A DNA stretch of 48,970 nucleotides from Nemertoderma westbladi (lineage: Eukaryota > Animalia > Xenacoelomorpha): contig JAUCBJ010006786.1 of the NCBI GenBank assembly GCA_032718475.1, positions 1 through 48,970 on the forward strand, written 5' to 3'. The notes under the pieces were generated by a model. The model was given only the letters and a program-made list of their open reading frames with translations, made no database searches and had not been told where the DNA came from. Positions 11,736 to 24,820 of this stretch are shown here, in pieces. A program made the position numbers and the translations under genes. Every line of letters begins with the position of its first letter. Positions within the stretch are counted from its first letter, which is position 1.

Positions 11736-12553
11736 TCAAATTGTGTCAATTTTAACATCAAATAATAAAATTCACGGGAATAAATTTAAATTCATATTCA
11801 AATGAATTTCATAAATTGTCATTTTGTGCAATTTATAACATTCCCAAAATTCCAGTAATTAATAGATCATGGGAGCGGAGATTCATATTGAGTGTACTAG
11901 AGTGTGAGAATCTTCAACATATAGTCAATAGCCGATAAAAATTATAAAATCATGCATAAAGAGGATATTGACAATTAAAGAATTACTATTAAATAACATC
12001 CCAGATCTGTATGCATGAGGATCGCCCTAATTCTACCGCTAGTTTTCCATAATGTCACCATGGCAATACCCACGCTAGAATTAGAAGCAAGTTAAAGGAA
12101 CAATAAAAGCTTGCCCCATTGCGTAGCATAAGAGTATACATAGCGCGCTATTAGTATCCAAGGATACATAGTAATAACGTAACATTCTGGAAGACACTGA
12201 CTAACGGACAAATGGCATGCGTGTGTGCAGTAAGTAATGATTGTATGGAATTTGTGCGTTTATAGGTGAATGTTACTACTAAAGTGTGTTTACAGTAGCT
12301 AATCGCAATTGTAAAATAGCCCTAACTCTACCGAGATAACCTCAAGTGGATTCAAGCCTTTGGGACGGACAGTGGTGGGACTTGTGCTGGTTATCGTTGT
12401 CGTGCTGTTGCTACATGTTGGCGTAAACACTGCGACAGCGGTACATCGGCGCTGAGAAACCCACTGTCCGGGGGCAAAAAGCCTAGTAGGCAGCGACGCC
12501 CGCTTGCCTAAAATATTAACTTATATTGATATTAATAAACTCAGATAGCAGAT

Positions 12554-15500
12554 ATGACGGAATTGATCGAAGATGACCTTGGTATTAGAGAGCGATATAC
12601 TCTACCTTTACAAGCGTTTGTGGATAGCTTGATAAGCGGTGAAGCCGATCCGACTATTACGGAGGATGATGGTCGTTATATCGAACCGCCGATGTCCCAA
12701 GAACAACTTACGCGTGAAGCGGACTATAGAAAATTCACCGCTCGCTATACGAATCGCAATGGTACGTATATGGACTTCTTAACTACCGGCCATCCCACCG
12801 ATTTACATGATACTGATGATGTAGACACCGAAAGGGAAATGGTTTTATTTAAATATCATGCCCAGCGGAATCGTAATGACAAACCGAGAATAGAACACGA
12901 GAACTCTATTCGCAACCTACTCGACAGAGAAAACGTTGAAGAACCCGATAAGCGTATCAACTTCAACGACTACGTGGAATTTTTGAGAGAAACCTATCTC
13001 AATATTGCCAGTCAACAGAACCTAGAGACTCGATATCCTCAAGGTATACATCACGATCCCATGGTAGAACTCAAACGACTCTATTTCACCATGATGTATC
13101 TTACCGCAGATCGTCCACTGCCTGTTGTCCCGGACAGCTTTGAACAAATGGAAGAGTATTGCAAAACTGGAGAACGATCACCCGCGTTTCCTCTACAGGA
13201 CGTACGTCTTTGGTATTATTGTGACTCATGTCCTAGACCTAACCAGCAAATGGAAAGACATAAACATCCGCGGAGACGTTGTGCTAAACACAGTTTTACG
13301 CGTTATACTTACGGGAGTTTCGAGCGAAACCTGTTTGACGTATCACCTACGATCGCCCGTCTAAAACGATCGCTAAATAAACCCATGATCAGAGTTCCGG
13401 AATACTCGGTCAGACCTCCCCATTTCCCCGTGAGACCTCAAACTCTTGATCCTAACAGTATCACTGATCCTCCCGAGTTATACTCACTGTTCAAGGATTT
13501 GGTGTTACCCGAGCAGTTAATCGGTGGTGTTCCGGAGGTAGGTTCGTTGGATATTCGACCATCCTATTTAACCGGATTGGGACGCGGACATCTAACATCG
13601 CCATTTAATCCTTACAACCGGCCAGGATTAACTCCGATACAACCTGCCACGGAAGTCGAGGAGAGTGTCATTAGAAACGCTCTAGACGCCATCCGACAGA
13701 AAATCGGAAAGGGAACCCAGGATTTTCTAGAGAAACGTAAATTACAGCAGCAGGTCCAATCGGTGAAAGAGCTAGCCTTGCCGCAGTTTGATAGAGAAAT
13801 CCAAAACCTCGAAGAGGACATCGAGCTTGGACGTACGTATTCTCTACAGGAGTTTCTGGAAGAACGCTTGCAGAAACAAGCGGAGGAGAATCAACTGGAG
13901 GAGAGGCATACGGAAATGGATGAGAGAGAAGAAGCCGCTTTAGCCCAACCCGAAGCTCAGATACTCATAACCGATCTCTACTCTAAAACCGTCCGTCATC
14001 CCTCGATGGTTCCGCATTTCGGAGACAAACTTTTCGCAAAGATACAACCCCAACCGGTTGATATCAGCATAAGATCGCAAAATCTTATCGCTGACGCTCC
14101 TATGTTACACCGTCCGCCAATTGAGGCCGCTCGAGTTGACGGTATACTCGTTGAACCTCCGGACAATCGAGCGGATCTTGTCCGTCGTATGGTACACGAT
14201 GTCAACATACGCGCTAGACCTTTACAGAACTCTTTTTATGGAATTAAAGATCACCCTTATTACGTTAATCTGACTCAATATTATATGGTAAAACCAGAAG
14301 ATCCGACGCATGATTTAAAGTTTCTACCACTAATAAATCCTCTGGACATTGTCGAACTCGAACAATTGCAAAAACATCTGGATCAATTAGTAAAGGCAAA
14401 CTCATTTCGAAAACCATATAACGTTTCTCGAATAGAGAAGGATACAGAACCTCCTTATAATCTCGATGGATTTATTAAAACTCGATTAGTCCATTGGAAT
14501 CTAGACGTATTATTCGAGGAGGAGAAAATCCAAAGATATGGAAATGTGGAGACGTATACCACTCGATATATGAAGTATAGTGATCTCCCTGACGCTAATC
14601 AATGCGCCACCTTGTGGCATCCGGTAGGGATGACCCTCGAGAACGCCACCAAAGAGTGGAATGAAACTCTTAATATCATTGAGATGTATGGCGTTGTTAC
14701 TTATGATAACGAAGGTAGCGTTCCAATCGGAGAATTAGGAACTACGCGCATGATACACATACGCTGATTAGCTGGCTCCACTCACGTGTTTACGCGAGCG
14801 TGTTCCGACGTGATCGATTATTCCTTCGAAACTCTCACCGAAACGCAAAAGAATCTCCGACATGGACAATTCGAACTCGCGCAGCGTTACATCATTGACA
14901 CCGAACGCAAACCGGCCATGGGTATCGATGGATCGATGTTACCCCAGCCCGTTCTCGAGATGTTATTCAACGAAAGAATTGTTAAAATCGGCTCAGCTGT
15001 TTACGGAGATCTCCAAAACGACTTTCGGAATATGGAGAATATCCCCTATCCTTTCGTGGATACTCAGCTGATAGCTCCTTGGGCCGAAGGCCGAGGTTTC
15101 TTTCGCACCATGTATGCTAATGTGTCTAGCAACATTACAAAGGTGCAACGAACTTCCATCGGACATCTTGCCTTTCAGGAATACGGGTGGAATTTCAAGG
15201 TCGGAAATCCCATCAACTATCAACAAGTATACGGAGACCATTATTCTCGATTATACTTTGACGGACCGTTGACCGCACCTGGCGCCGTGTATAGCTTCAT
15301 GAGTGTTCCACTCCGTCCCTCCTTAGCTATCTACACGATCTTCGAAAACACCGCACTTTCCGGTTGGCTAGCCGATGTGTGCAGTCGTACTATACGCGCC
15401 CATCCATTAATCCTTGGGACCAAACTCGCTAAGCTAGATGAACATAATAAATTCATCCGCTTTGAATGTTTCCGACGGTTTTTAACCCCGTTTCGCAACG

Positions 15501-16807
15501 TGGATAGCCAATTCAAAGACCGCGCTTTGACCAAGCTCAGCTTAAGAGACTCGGCTGCGGAGAAGTTAGATAGCGCTGGATTCGCTATTTTCAGAGACAT
15601 TTGTGTAATAAACCTGCACTCCTCGGTTATCCAAAGACCTCGGATCCCCACCGGTTATTCTGTCGTGGAAATTCAGACGGTAGGTCCACTTGAGGAGACA
15701 GCCACGCCTACCTCAACTATACAAGGGGAAGACGAACCCATATGTTTAGAATCTGAAGAGATTCAGCCCCCCACGTCTCGGAGTAGCGATAGCGACTACA
15801 TATTGGAATGGTATCAAGGTCCCCAGTGTCTTACTGCGTATGATTATCGCCATGCCAATTATGTTTCTAGACAACGTTGTCGGCTGTGCGCATCGAGAGA
15901 CCATATTACGTCTATGGACACCAACGATCTTTGTTCCTATTTCCACGAGCAACCGTCGATGGAAATCTATTGTGCATATTGTCGGCTTAATAATTTGCAC
16001 ATTTTTGCTGTCTGCCCCCAATTTATGACTCAATGCCATCATTGTCAATTAAAAGGACACGCCAGCTTTGATTGTCCCTTCAACCATGATTTAGAGAGCG
16101 TAGATGAAATGATTGTACTACGTTATATTAGAGCTTGGGAAGCGAACGCTGATTTACATTGTGATTCACGCCATCGCTATTATCCTGGACGCGCTTACGA
16201 AGGAGTTTATGCGTTCCATCCTTATTTGTTTGCCTCCGTCGAGCAGAAATCGCGCCTATCAAGTTATGAACTATTGAAGCGCGTTGGAGAATGTATTTCA
16301 ACCAAATATGTACGCAAATTTCTCAGGAGCATTAATCCGAGTGACATCCATTCTTACAACTTAATAAACTTTATCCGTCAAGACCCTGCCTATGGAGACT
16401 TATTCGTCAACTCACACCCTGAGTTACAAGAAGTATATCGACGGCCTTACGAGTACCGAGCCCGCGAACGCGAGTTGGAAAGAACCATTAAACCAAGGAA
16501 GTTTCTAACTACTTATGGTCCACCCACGGCCCTCGTGCAGACCACTCGTACAGGACCCGTAAGAGCGGCTGTCTTGAAACGAGCTCTCAAAGCCATTAGA
16601 CCCCTCTCCCCGGACGTTGATGTCAATCAACCCGGTACTTCGACCGGCGGATATACCGATCGCAATCCCATACCTTCTGATGCAATCATATTGCACCATT
16701 CACCCAGGAGTTATAGCCCTCCTCGTAAAGTGGCTCGCCCCAAAGAGAAAAGGACTCTTGCTAGCTTTAAAAAACTGCGTAAACGCCGTCCGCGCAAGAA
16801 AGACTAA
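12554..16807 (+). CDS. Extra ORF of the BEL element: unknown N-terminal region, coiled coil, DEDDy 3'-5' exonuclease (WRN/EXD/Mut-7-like), Cys/His Zn knuckles, basic tail; one in-frame TGA at 14765-14767
   Basis: ORFs 12554-14767 and 14786-16807 share a frame and are separated by a single TGA (IHIR*LAGSTHVF). ExoI VVTYDNEG; ExoII LPQPVLEMLFNERIVKIGSAVYGDL; FVDTQLIA; SIGHLAFQEYG; ExoIII-like PLRPSLAIYTIFE; CAYC..H...C; CHHCQLKGHASFDC; KKLRKRRPRKKD. Confidence 0.75.
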
Positions 16808-16876
16808 CTGTTTAGAGTATTTTTATATTTTAGAAACTGTGATTTTGTATATTTTATAGACTTAAATCCCATTTTC

Positions 16877-16921
16877 TGGGAGCGGTGTAAAAGCTTTTGC
16901 GGAATTAGCCGGTTATTTTCC
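16877..16921 (+). other. Short polypurine-tract-like motif followed by a 36-bp stub of a different LTR variant
   Basis: TGGGAGCGG then TGTAAAAGCTTTTGCGGAATTAGCCGG..., whose start matches the solo LTR at 31466 (TGTAAAAGCTTTTGCGGA) better than the LTR at 2899. Confidence 0.7.
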
Positions 16922-16988
16922 CCGTAACTTTTACCAACTTAGATTCAGGGTCTGTAAATGATCTTCTACACCATGACTTGATGCAAAT

Positions 16989-18218
16989 TGTAAAAGCTTT
17001 TTTGGGATAACTGATACGTTTGCCTTTGCTGGCCAGTTCCCCCCCAGTCGCTAGAATACTCTCAAAGGGATTTATAACTAAAATAGTGCAAGCTACCAGC
17101 TTATTGGCTGATGTGCTGTACGGAGATATCTGGGCTCAGTTTAATCGGCCAACTAGCTTAGAGAGGTTGCCTTAGCCTTGCTGTTCGTGTCAGCCAATAG
17201 AATTTGCGTAGGCGTTGATTTCGACCTATCCCAGCGCTACTGAACTGAATTTCCTATCTCACTGCTCATCCTCTGTGTTGAACGGGGCTTCGTGGAATAA
17301 GAGTTTTTGGTATACTCGTATAGTAGTAGTAGTCATATGATTTTATATGATTCTGTTGTTGTGTTCCCATTTTCGCCATAACACCGGCTTTTGGGAAGAA
17401 CTCTAGTAAAACTGCTTAAATTATCGAAAGTATAAACTGTTACCTCACTAACTAACTTAAATCACCTAATTAATCAATCGAATCGAAAGAACTCACTAAC
17501 TCACTTAATTTAACTGCATTAATCATATTGTTTGTACTGTTATTTACCGTCAGTTATTAATTGTACCTATTTGTTGATGGAAATATTGCTCTTTGGATAA
17601 TACGGATAAATCACCCAAATTTCCCAATTTTCTTGATACACTACAGGTTAGAGAGACCGGCTATACATAACAATTGCGATTTATATTAATGTGGTGTGTA
17701 TTGAATCTAATGTTATTTAGCAGACACTACATGAGTCAATTACTGCTCTCTTTATGTGTGATCAAATATACTGACGGTCGGCAGAATAGTGTGTATGATT
17801 GTGATTGGTAACAAAGTATTTCCTAAAGAATACGCTTTATACTTTAATCATAAGCGGTATCGTTGCGTTTTGGTATAAGTCTTAGTTCTGTTTAAATAGA
17901 TAGAGCGCCACGCCCTAAAGGAACTGTTAATATTTCCCGAAAACCAATAATATCTGTCAGAGATTAATTATTAACGATCTATCGAATAATACAGTAAGTT
18001 TACACTGCAACCTTACACTGCAATAATAAAATTTAAGCATCCGAATTCAGCCTCCCGGGTGTAGATCCATCGGGTGAATGATCGCGCATGGGCTGACTTC
18101 GGCTAATGTTTTGTGTATTAGCATAAATTGTTGTCGTATGCTAAAGGTGTTTTAATTAACTAAAAGACATATAAATTTTGGCAGGTTAAACTGCTAAAGG
18201 TCTTCAAAAGCGCGAACA
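16989..18218 (+). repeat. 3' LTR copy (1230 bp), preceded by 67 bp duplicated from the left flank
   Basis: 16922-18218 duplicates 2832-4128. Confidence 0.95.
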
Positions 18219-20032
18219 CAAATATCATCAGGGGAGGAAACAACTTGACCACTTGAAAGACGGATCAACCCGCTACACCCGTAACATTTGAACGCACCAC
18301 TGTCGTTTATTGATGCAATTAGAAATTTATCAGAATCCTTCGCTATCTCGAGGGTCTTTAAAGGAATTGTATCTTTACAACGCTGACCTTTCCGTCCACC
18401 TGGAGCTTTCCGACCTGCTGTGCTTGCAGCAGATAGGGCAGCTAACTTCTCCAATGTCCATGATGAAGACCAGATCTTAACCATATTAAACACTTCATCG
18501 TTAAAGCGAGCAAAGCTCAATGTATGGCAACACACATGATATTTTCGAAAAGTAGCGCACGTCAAACATCTATAAGAACCATTTTCGAAACGACGAACTC
18601 GCTTAAAGACACCGCCGGCCCCTAAACTAACAGTAGCAAATTGTTTATCGGTTTCCCAAGAAACTGAAAAAGACCGGGATAATCGCCACATATTGATAAA
18701 TTCAGGAGTTTGTGGAAAATCAGCTGGAACGGGACCAATCTCATAAGCACCAGATAAGGAAATATCAATCCCAGATTCGATGTCATCATGATCGCTAATT
18801 GGTGCGCTATAAAACCTATTCAAACAAGCCTTTCTTTCGGAAACTGATTTACTGGAAAATTCACAAGATGGAATTAGATACTCAGAGGAATATTTCGCTT
18901 TAATAGCATAATCACCACGACCAATGATAGCCATGTCTATATCATTTTTATATTTTAGAGCTAACTTCTCCATTTCATTAACAAATGAATAAATGTCAAG
19001 GTGTTTGTGACTAATCCATCGTTTAACTTCTGAATTTAAACTCTCCTCACATTGATTCATGAAAAAATCACTCTCTGAAAGACCACAGCTAATTCGATGA
19101 CTCTGTAAAAAATATGCGACTAAATCCTCTTGTACATATGTTTTAACTTGAGCTTGAGCTTTTTTCAGCTTGAGCCTTAACTTCCAGTTCCATATAATCC
19201 CAAGAATTAAATATATCAACTGATCTCAGATTGTACTCATCTACAGAACGAGAGTTGCACAATGTCTCTACATCAATCAGTACAGTCTCACTGTAGCGTG
19301 ATAATCCTTCCTCCGATAAATACGCTTGATATCCTGTTTTAAATGGAGATAACAAAGCAACATTAATGCAGGAATACGTTCTGACCATGCGATGATTATC
19401 GCCTTCTCCCGATCAGAACCTACAACACGCATATTGCAGAGTGAAGGTTTCAATTGCAGGAGCCATTGAGGAAAGATATCGTGTGCACTTACAGACTTCC
19501 GGGTGTGAATGAAGAATGGGCCAGGAATACGAGGAGAATTATTTGAGCGTTTAGACACGAGCATTTGCTCTTTAAAACTTGTTGTTGTGACCCAAAAGTC
19601 GCCACAATTAAAGGTTGTATCAATACCAAACGGAACAAAATATCCAACATCTGGATTGCAGCAATTCTTATCTATAAGTTCAAGCTGCCACTTAAATCCA
19701 ATAAAAATAGATAAATGGGGGGTGGAACTCATACAACGGATAAAGCTATCATCAGTTTGTAATTTGAGTTGCAGTTTCTTAAGTGGATCGTTTTTATCCC
19801 TCTCATTGGCTCCCTTAAGTACTGTTGCTTCACGAGCATACCAATCGACTTGACGAACCGATTTTGGCAGTTCATCACAGCTGGGAGCACTCAACAACCC
19901 CCCACTGTCATCAATGACTCTATTATAAATTTTCTTCGAACTTGCCCCTTGCATTTCGGATTTTGCTGTTTTAATGCGCCCTTTAAGGGCCACTGAAATT
20001 TTAGGCCTAATATGTGAAATTATGGAGAATGG
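18219..20032 (-). pseudogene. MULE transposase catalytic core and SWIM finger (two frameshifts)
   Basis: GIDTTFNCG (D), GSDREKA (D), CYLH (CxxH), ESLNSEVK (E), SWIM YRCLTC...VCCH. Frame changes near 19325 and 19160. Confidence 0.88.
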
Positions 20033-20498
20033 GTGTACCCATGGAATACTAAATATAGACGGAACCGCATTAGTGTTATTTTTTCGGCCCCGATATTTTT
20101 TTCAATAAAGTGGTAGTATATGCCATAGAAACCCCAGAAAAAAAATTTAAGCAAATTCGACCGGAGCGTTCTCGAGATATAATCCGTCAAAGTTTTCAAA
20201 TTTGCCAACAAGAAATGCAGTGTTGGGGGCGATTTAAGCTTATTTGCGATATATTTCTATGGCAACAAGTAGTACTGCCATTATTCTTGAACTGCGCTGT
20301 TGTAATATTGATGCGTTGGTTTGTCAACAATATTATTATTACCACAACTAGCTACAGCTGCACTATTTTAAAACAATATTTTAACCGATAATTTTTCGAT
20401 TACAATTAACCAGTAGGCCTACATCGCGGTAACCTTTAGTCTCTACACAGTAGGGTCTTCATTACTTCACTGGCGACACATAGTGAACTATCTACATC

Positions 20499-23400
20499 AT
20501 GCCACGTACTTGTTTAGTTTGCAAGTCAAAAGACCATTTGCACCGGTTTCCTATTGATGTTGCTGTTTGCAATGAATGGAAACAAGCGATTCGTCAGGGG
20601 CTGAATACGCCAGGTAAGGATTTTATTATTATATCATGCATGAAATGTTCTACGACATGTTAATCGATTTGGTACCGGTACTACTATAGTATGTGTGTAG
20701 CCATGGTACAGCAAATTAATAAAATTTGTATGTCTTTTTATTTGGTTTTATTGCATTTTATTATGTTCTAGAACATTTGTGATTGTTCTAGAACCTTAGT
20801 AGACATTTTTTCTGACATCTAGTAGTATTTTTTTCACTAGCTAGTATTTTTGAAAATAAAAAAAATAATATTTTATTTAGTGTTTTTTTAATATTGGAAA
20901 ACATTATAGAATCAATGTTTTCACATTTTTTTATAATTTCAAAAAATACTAGCTAGTTAAAAAAACGGCTATCCGTATGCCACATGCGTATGCGTATGTT
21001 CCTTAATCATTGTTACTATGGCTTCAATATTAGTTATAGAACACCATATATAAAAGTTATTTAACTATTCTAGAATAAAATAAAAAATAAAATGATCTAG
21101 AACATATAGCTATAGTTATTTTTTAATTTTAAATTAGCTAGTAATTTAAAAAAAATCAGATTTCAACTTTTAACAATTTATTGCCAAATATTTCAACATT
21201 TTTATAGTTTCAAAAGATACTAGCTCGTAAAAAAAACACTTGCTACCATAAAAACAACATATCTACTTATGTTCTATAACACTTTCCAATAATAAAAATC
21301 GAAAAAATAAAAATTTAAATTTAATAAATGGTCACACAAGCTACACCTATGTTATAAAAATACTAGCTATCTTAAAAATTACTAGCTACCTGAAACTATA
21401 ACATTTATAACACTAAATTTAATACCAAATTTTTAAAAAAATTTTTTAAATACTACCGATACTACTACTAGGTCGAGCGAACTCGGACAGTGGAAATGAG
21501 ATCCTTCCAGGCTTCCCGATTCTCCATAGTTGTCGCAATTTCGTTTCTCCCAAGTTCAGTATCCCTTTCAAGTTGATCTATATATGTTATGGCCGGTCGT
21601 CCACGACTACGCTTCCCATGAGTTGGTTGCCAGAGAAGTAGATCTGGTATGACCTCGTCTTTACTTCGCCAGCAGTGCCCACTGAATCTTAATCTGCGTT
21701 CACGGAGGGTGGTTGATACAGGTGGTATTGTACCATAAAGCTCGGCGTTTGTCATGTGTTGTCTCCAGCTGATGTTTAGGGCTGCCCTTAGTAGTCTTGT
21801 GTAGCAACCATCAATTCGTTGTTCAAGTGATTTAGTCAGTGTCCAGGTCTCACCCACGTATAAAAATGCACTTTCCACTGTGGCTCGAAAGAACTTAGTC
21901 TTCAGGTGCGTGGAGAGATCTGATTTCCAGATGGTATCCATTTTTGATAGAGCTACCCAAGCCTTTGCTTTCCTAACTTCTATGTCCTTTTTGCTACTCT
22001 CTATCCATGATCCAAGGTACTGGAAGTCATCGACCTTCCTTAGTTGATTATTATCAATGGTTGTCAAGTTCCCATCAACACTAAAGGTCATGAATTTGGT
22101 CTTTGTAGCATTTATATGCAATCCAACCTCCTTAGCAGCCCTCTCCACTTTATTTAGTAGAAGCTGTGCACCTGCTAGCGTCAGCCAGGATTGAGAAAAA
22201 CTCAGTTTCACCATCTGGTGAGAGTACCTGCGCTTCTGTGTCACAATATAACAATCCAATGCCAGCAACAATTACTTCTGGTATTCCATAAGCTCTTAAG
22301 ATTTCAAGCATTTTACCTCTATGGATGGAGTCGAATGCCTTCTTGAAGTCCACAAAAGTCATGACTGCGGGGAGATTCTTTGACTTAATTCCTTCAATCA
22401 GTCTCCGTAGTGCAAGTATCTGAGCTATTGTTGATCTACTTGGTCGAAATCCGTTTTGGCTCTTACGCAGTAGTTTCTCTATGTGAGGCCTAATCCTATA
22501 TAGAATCATTTTATTGTATATTTTGGCAGCTACCACAAGCAGACAGATCCCACGATAGTTTGTTGGTATGCCGAGGTCTCCTTTCTTGGGGAGAGGCTTT
22601 AGTTGACCTTTAGTCCAAATTGGTGGTGGCTTTTCCCCTTTTCACATCCGGTTGCAAACATTCAATAATGGTCAATAATAGAAGTAATTCTTAATCGTTA
22701 ATTCTTAATTCTTAATAGTTATTCTAATAGAAGTAATTAATAATAAAGTAATTCAATAATACTACCGATAGTTATTTAGAAATTATAAATTAGCTAGTAA
22801 TACAAATTTTTTGAACATTTAATTGATTATTGATTTGAGTTTTTGTATTCAGTAGTAATTAGTTTACATTGCAATGTGAAATATAAATACTGGCACGGGC
22901 GGAACACCAGCCCTATAAATAATTTTAGATTAATATTTTTGTTAGGTCGAGAATTCGATTACGATAAAGATCGAATTTGTAAAGTTCACTTCGAGTCGAA
23001 GGATTTTATGATGAACATAAATTTGCAGTTTCGAAGTTCCAACCACAAAAAGGAATCAATTCCATCAATATTTACATTGGCTGTGCCATTGACATCTCCA
23101 CTACGCAAGTCACCAACTAAACGAAAAGTTGATCCAACACTATACAACCTACTCGAAAATAGAAAATTAGTTGAAGAAGACAAATTGGAGTGGCAGTTGG
23201 GAAATATAAAGAAATGGATTGAAGACGAGGATGTTTTTAAGAATAGAGAGGTACATGCGTGTAAGTGTGATGTTGAAAGTGAAGATGGAATTATGATTTA
23301 TGAAATTTCCCCCGAAAATCTAAAACTGAATTACTTCCTTAAGATCTCAACGACGTACTTTATTGTTTCTCAAAATATCTCTAAAATACCCCTCGTTAAT

Positions 23401-24820
23401 TTTAGCTATTTACCACGTAACAAAAGTGGGTATAATAAAGTTCAGAAGAAAAGCGTTTTGCTTAGGCTAATAAATGAGGTCAAGTTTCATTCATTGCCTA
23501 ATTTTGACTCAGATTTCATGGAATTTCTAGACGAGTACCGCAATTATAAAAAGATAGGAATATACCCCAAGAATATCATTAGAAAGTGTCTTATTCTACG
23601 TTAAGAGCAGGAATGGATATAAAGAGCTCTTGAAGCTGATGCCGAACCTACCCAGCATTTCATTCTTTGAAAAGTTGACAAGAGGTGATGTAAAAGTTTA
23701 TACACTTCTAAAGAGCATTGGTATGGATCAGAATGTTGTAATATACGCGGATGAAATTTACTTACAGAGAGAATCAATATTTAGTGCAGGAGGTATTATT
23801 GAATCACCAAAGACCCTGCTGGATATTATGGTAAGAGGTCTAAGTGGGGGAAATTGAATAATTGTCAAGTCAGTGCCATGTTACGAGACATTAACTGGAG
23901 ACATGTTGATAAAAGAATTCAAGGAAGTTGTGAAACATTTAAAAGAGGCCGAGTTTCAGCCACGAGTGTTTGTTACTGATGGCCTTTCAGTTAATGTCAA
24001 TGCTTACTCAAAGATTATATATGAACCAGAGCTTTGTGATATAATTCCGTTGTTTGATTATAATCACCTCATGAAGAATACACGAAATAACTTATTTAAA
24101 ACCGACATATTTTATCCTCCTGAATTTAAGTGGAGTTATATGAATGACGTATTTCAAATAGGAGCAAATGCTAAAGTGTCGATGTCTGATGTTCGTATGG
24201 TGTATCAGATGGATACAGAGAGAATTAATTGTGATTCTTCAGTCAATCTGCGAAAAGCCCACAAGCTGACATATGCAACAATCAACGTTGGAAAGCGCAA
24301 GCAAAACACCCAGCTTATGCTCAACCTGTACCATGATAGTACTAACGATGCCCTCAGATGGTATTTGGGTGGTGGCACAGATAACTTCCATAATGACACA
24401 GCTGGCATAATGACACACTTCCGTGTTATTAGACTCTTCTGGGAGTTTATGAACTGTAAACATAATACGTCTAATCCTTACACAAGAACACTCAGTCGTT
24501 ATGACAGTGAGCGGCAAAGTTTCCTTCAAACCTTCCTTGACTGGCTGACAAGGTGGAAGTCTTCAAATAAAGCAGGGTTCACTTCGCAGACATTTTCAGC
24601 GCTCATACTAACAGTTGCTAACACAATTAAGGTCCTAGATTTGGTCTTCAACAAACTCGAATACCAATTATTTAACCTGGCAGTCCTTGGAGACGATGAA
24701 ATTGAGTTACATTTCAGCAAATATCGCCAGATGTCGGGTGGTCGCTTCCTTGTAAGTCTGCGGGAAGCCACTAACTCAAACAAGATAATTCAAATCAAAG
24801 CAGCTCTACAATTTATTTAA
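20499..24820 (+). pseudogene. THAP-domain P-element-type transposase, two exons (20499-20613, 22946-24820), inactivated
   Basis: Exon 1 MPRTCLVCKSKDHLHRFPID...W; phase-1 GT..AG intron; exon 2 RICKVHF..DF and SIPSIF complete the THAP domain. Core motifs YADEIY, VTDG, DYNHLMKNTRN, DDEIELHFSKYRQ. Frameshift at ~23602 and in-frame TGA at 23855. Confidence 0.88.
21462..22757 (-). mobile_element. 5'-truncated RTE-like LINE with internally deleted RT, inside the P-element intron
   Basis: RT motifs QNGFRPSRST, FVDFKKAFDSI, GLHINATKTK, FQYLGS, RLRFSGH; (TAG)n tail; 13-bp TSD AATACTACCGATA (21449-21461, 22758-22770). The QG and YADD segments are missing at ~22183. Confidence 0.88.

Larger units (their letters stand above)
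2899..18218 (+). mobile_element. Non-autonomous BEL/Pao LTR retrotransposon with an extra exonuclease ORF
   Basis: 1230-bp TG...CA direct repeats (2899-4128, 16989-18218). 5-bp TSD CAAAT (2894-2898, 18219-18223). Pao-type Gag with three Zn knuckles, and a protease. Confidence 0.92.

Noticed and set aside
14765-14767. Selenocysteine recoding of the in-frame TGA, given the nearby tRNA-Sec
   Set aside because: No SECIS was recognisable downstream, the position is not an evident catalytic Cys, and tRNA proximity is irrelevant in eukaryotes. A SECISearch run would settle it.
12554-14767. Extra ORF as an envelope gene
   Set aside because: No signal peptide or transmembrane anchor is visible; it has nuclease and Zn-finger motifs instead.
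23855-23857. In-frame TGA in the P transposase as recoding
   Set aside because: It falls where Trp is expected (TGG>TGA) and the gene also has a frameshift, so this is ordinary decay.
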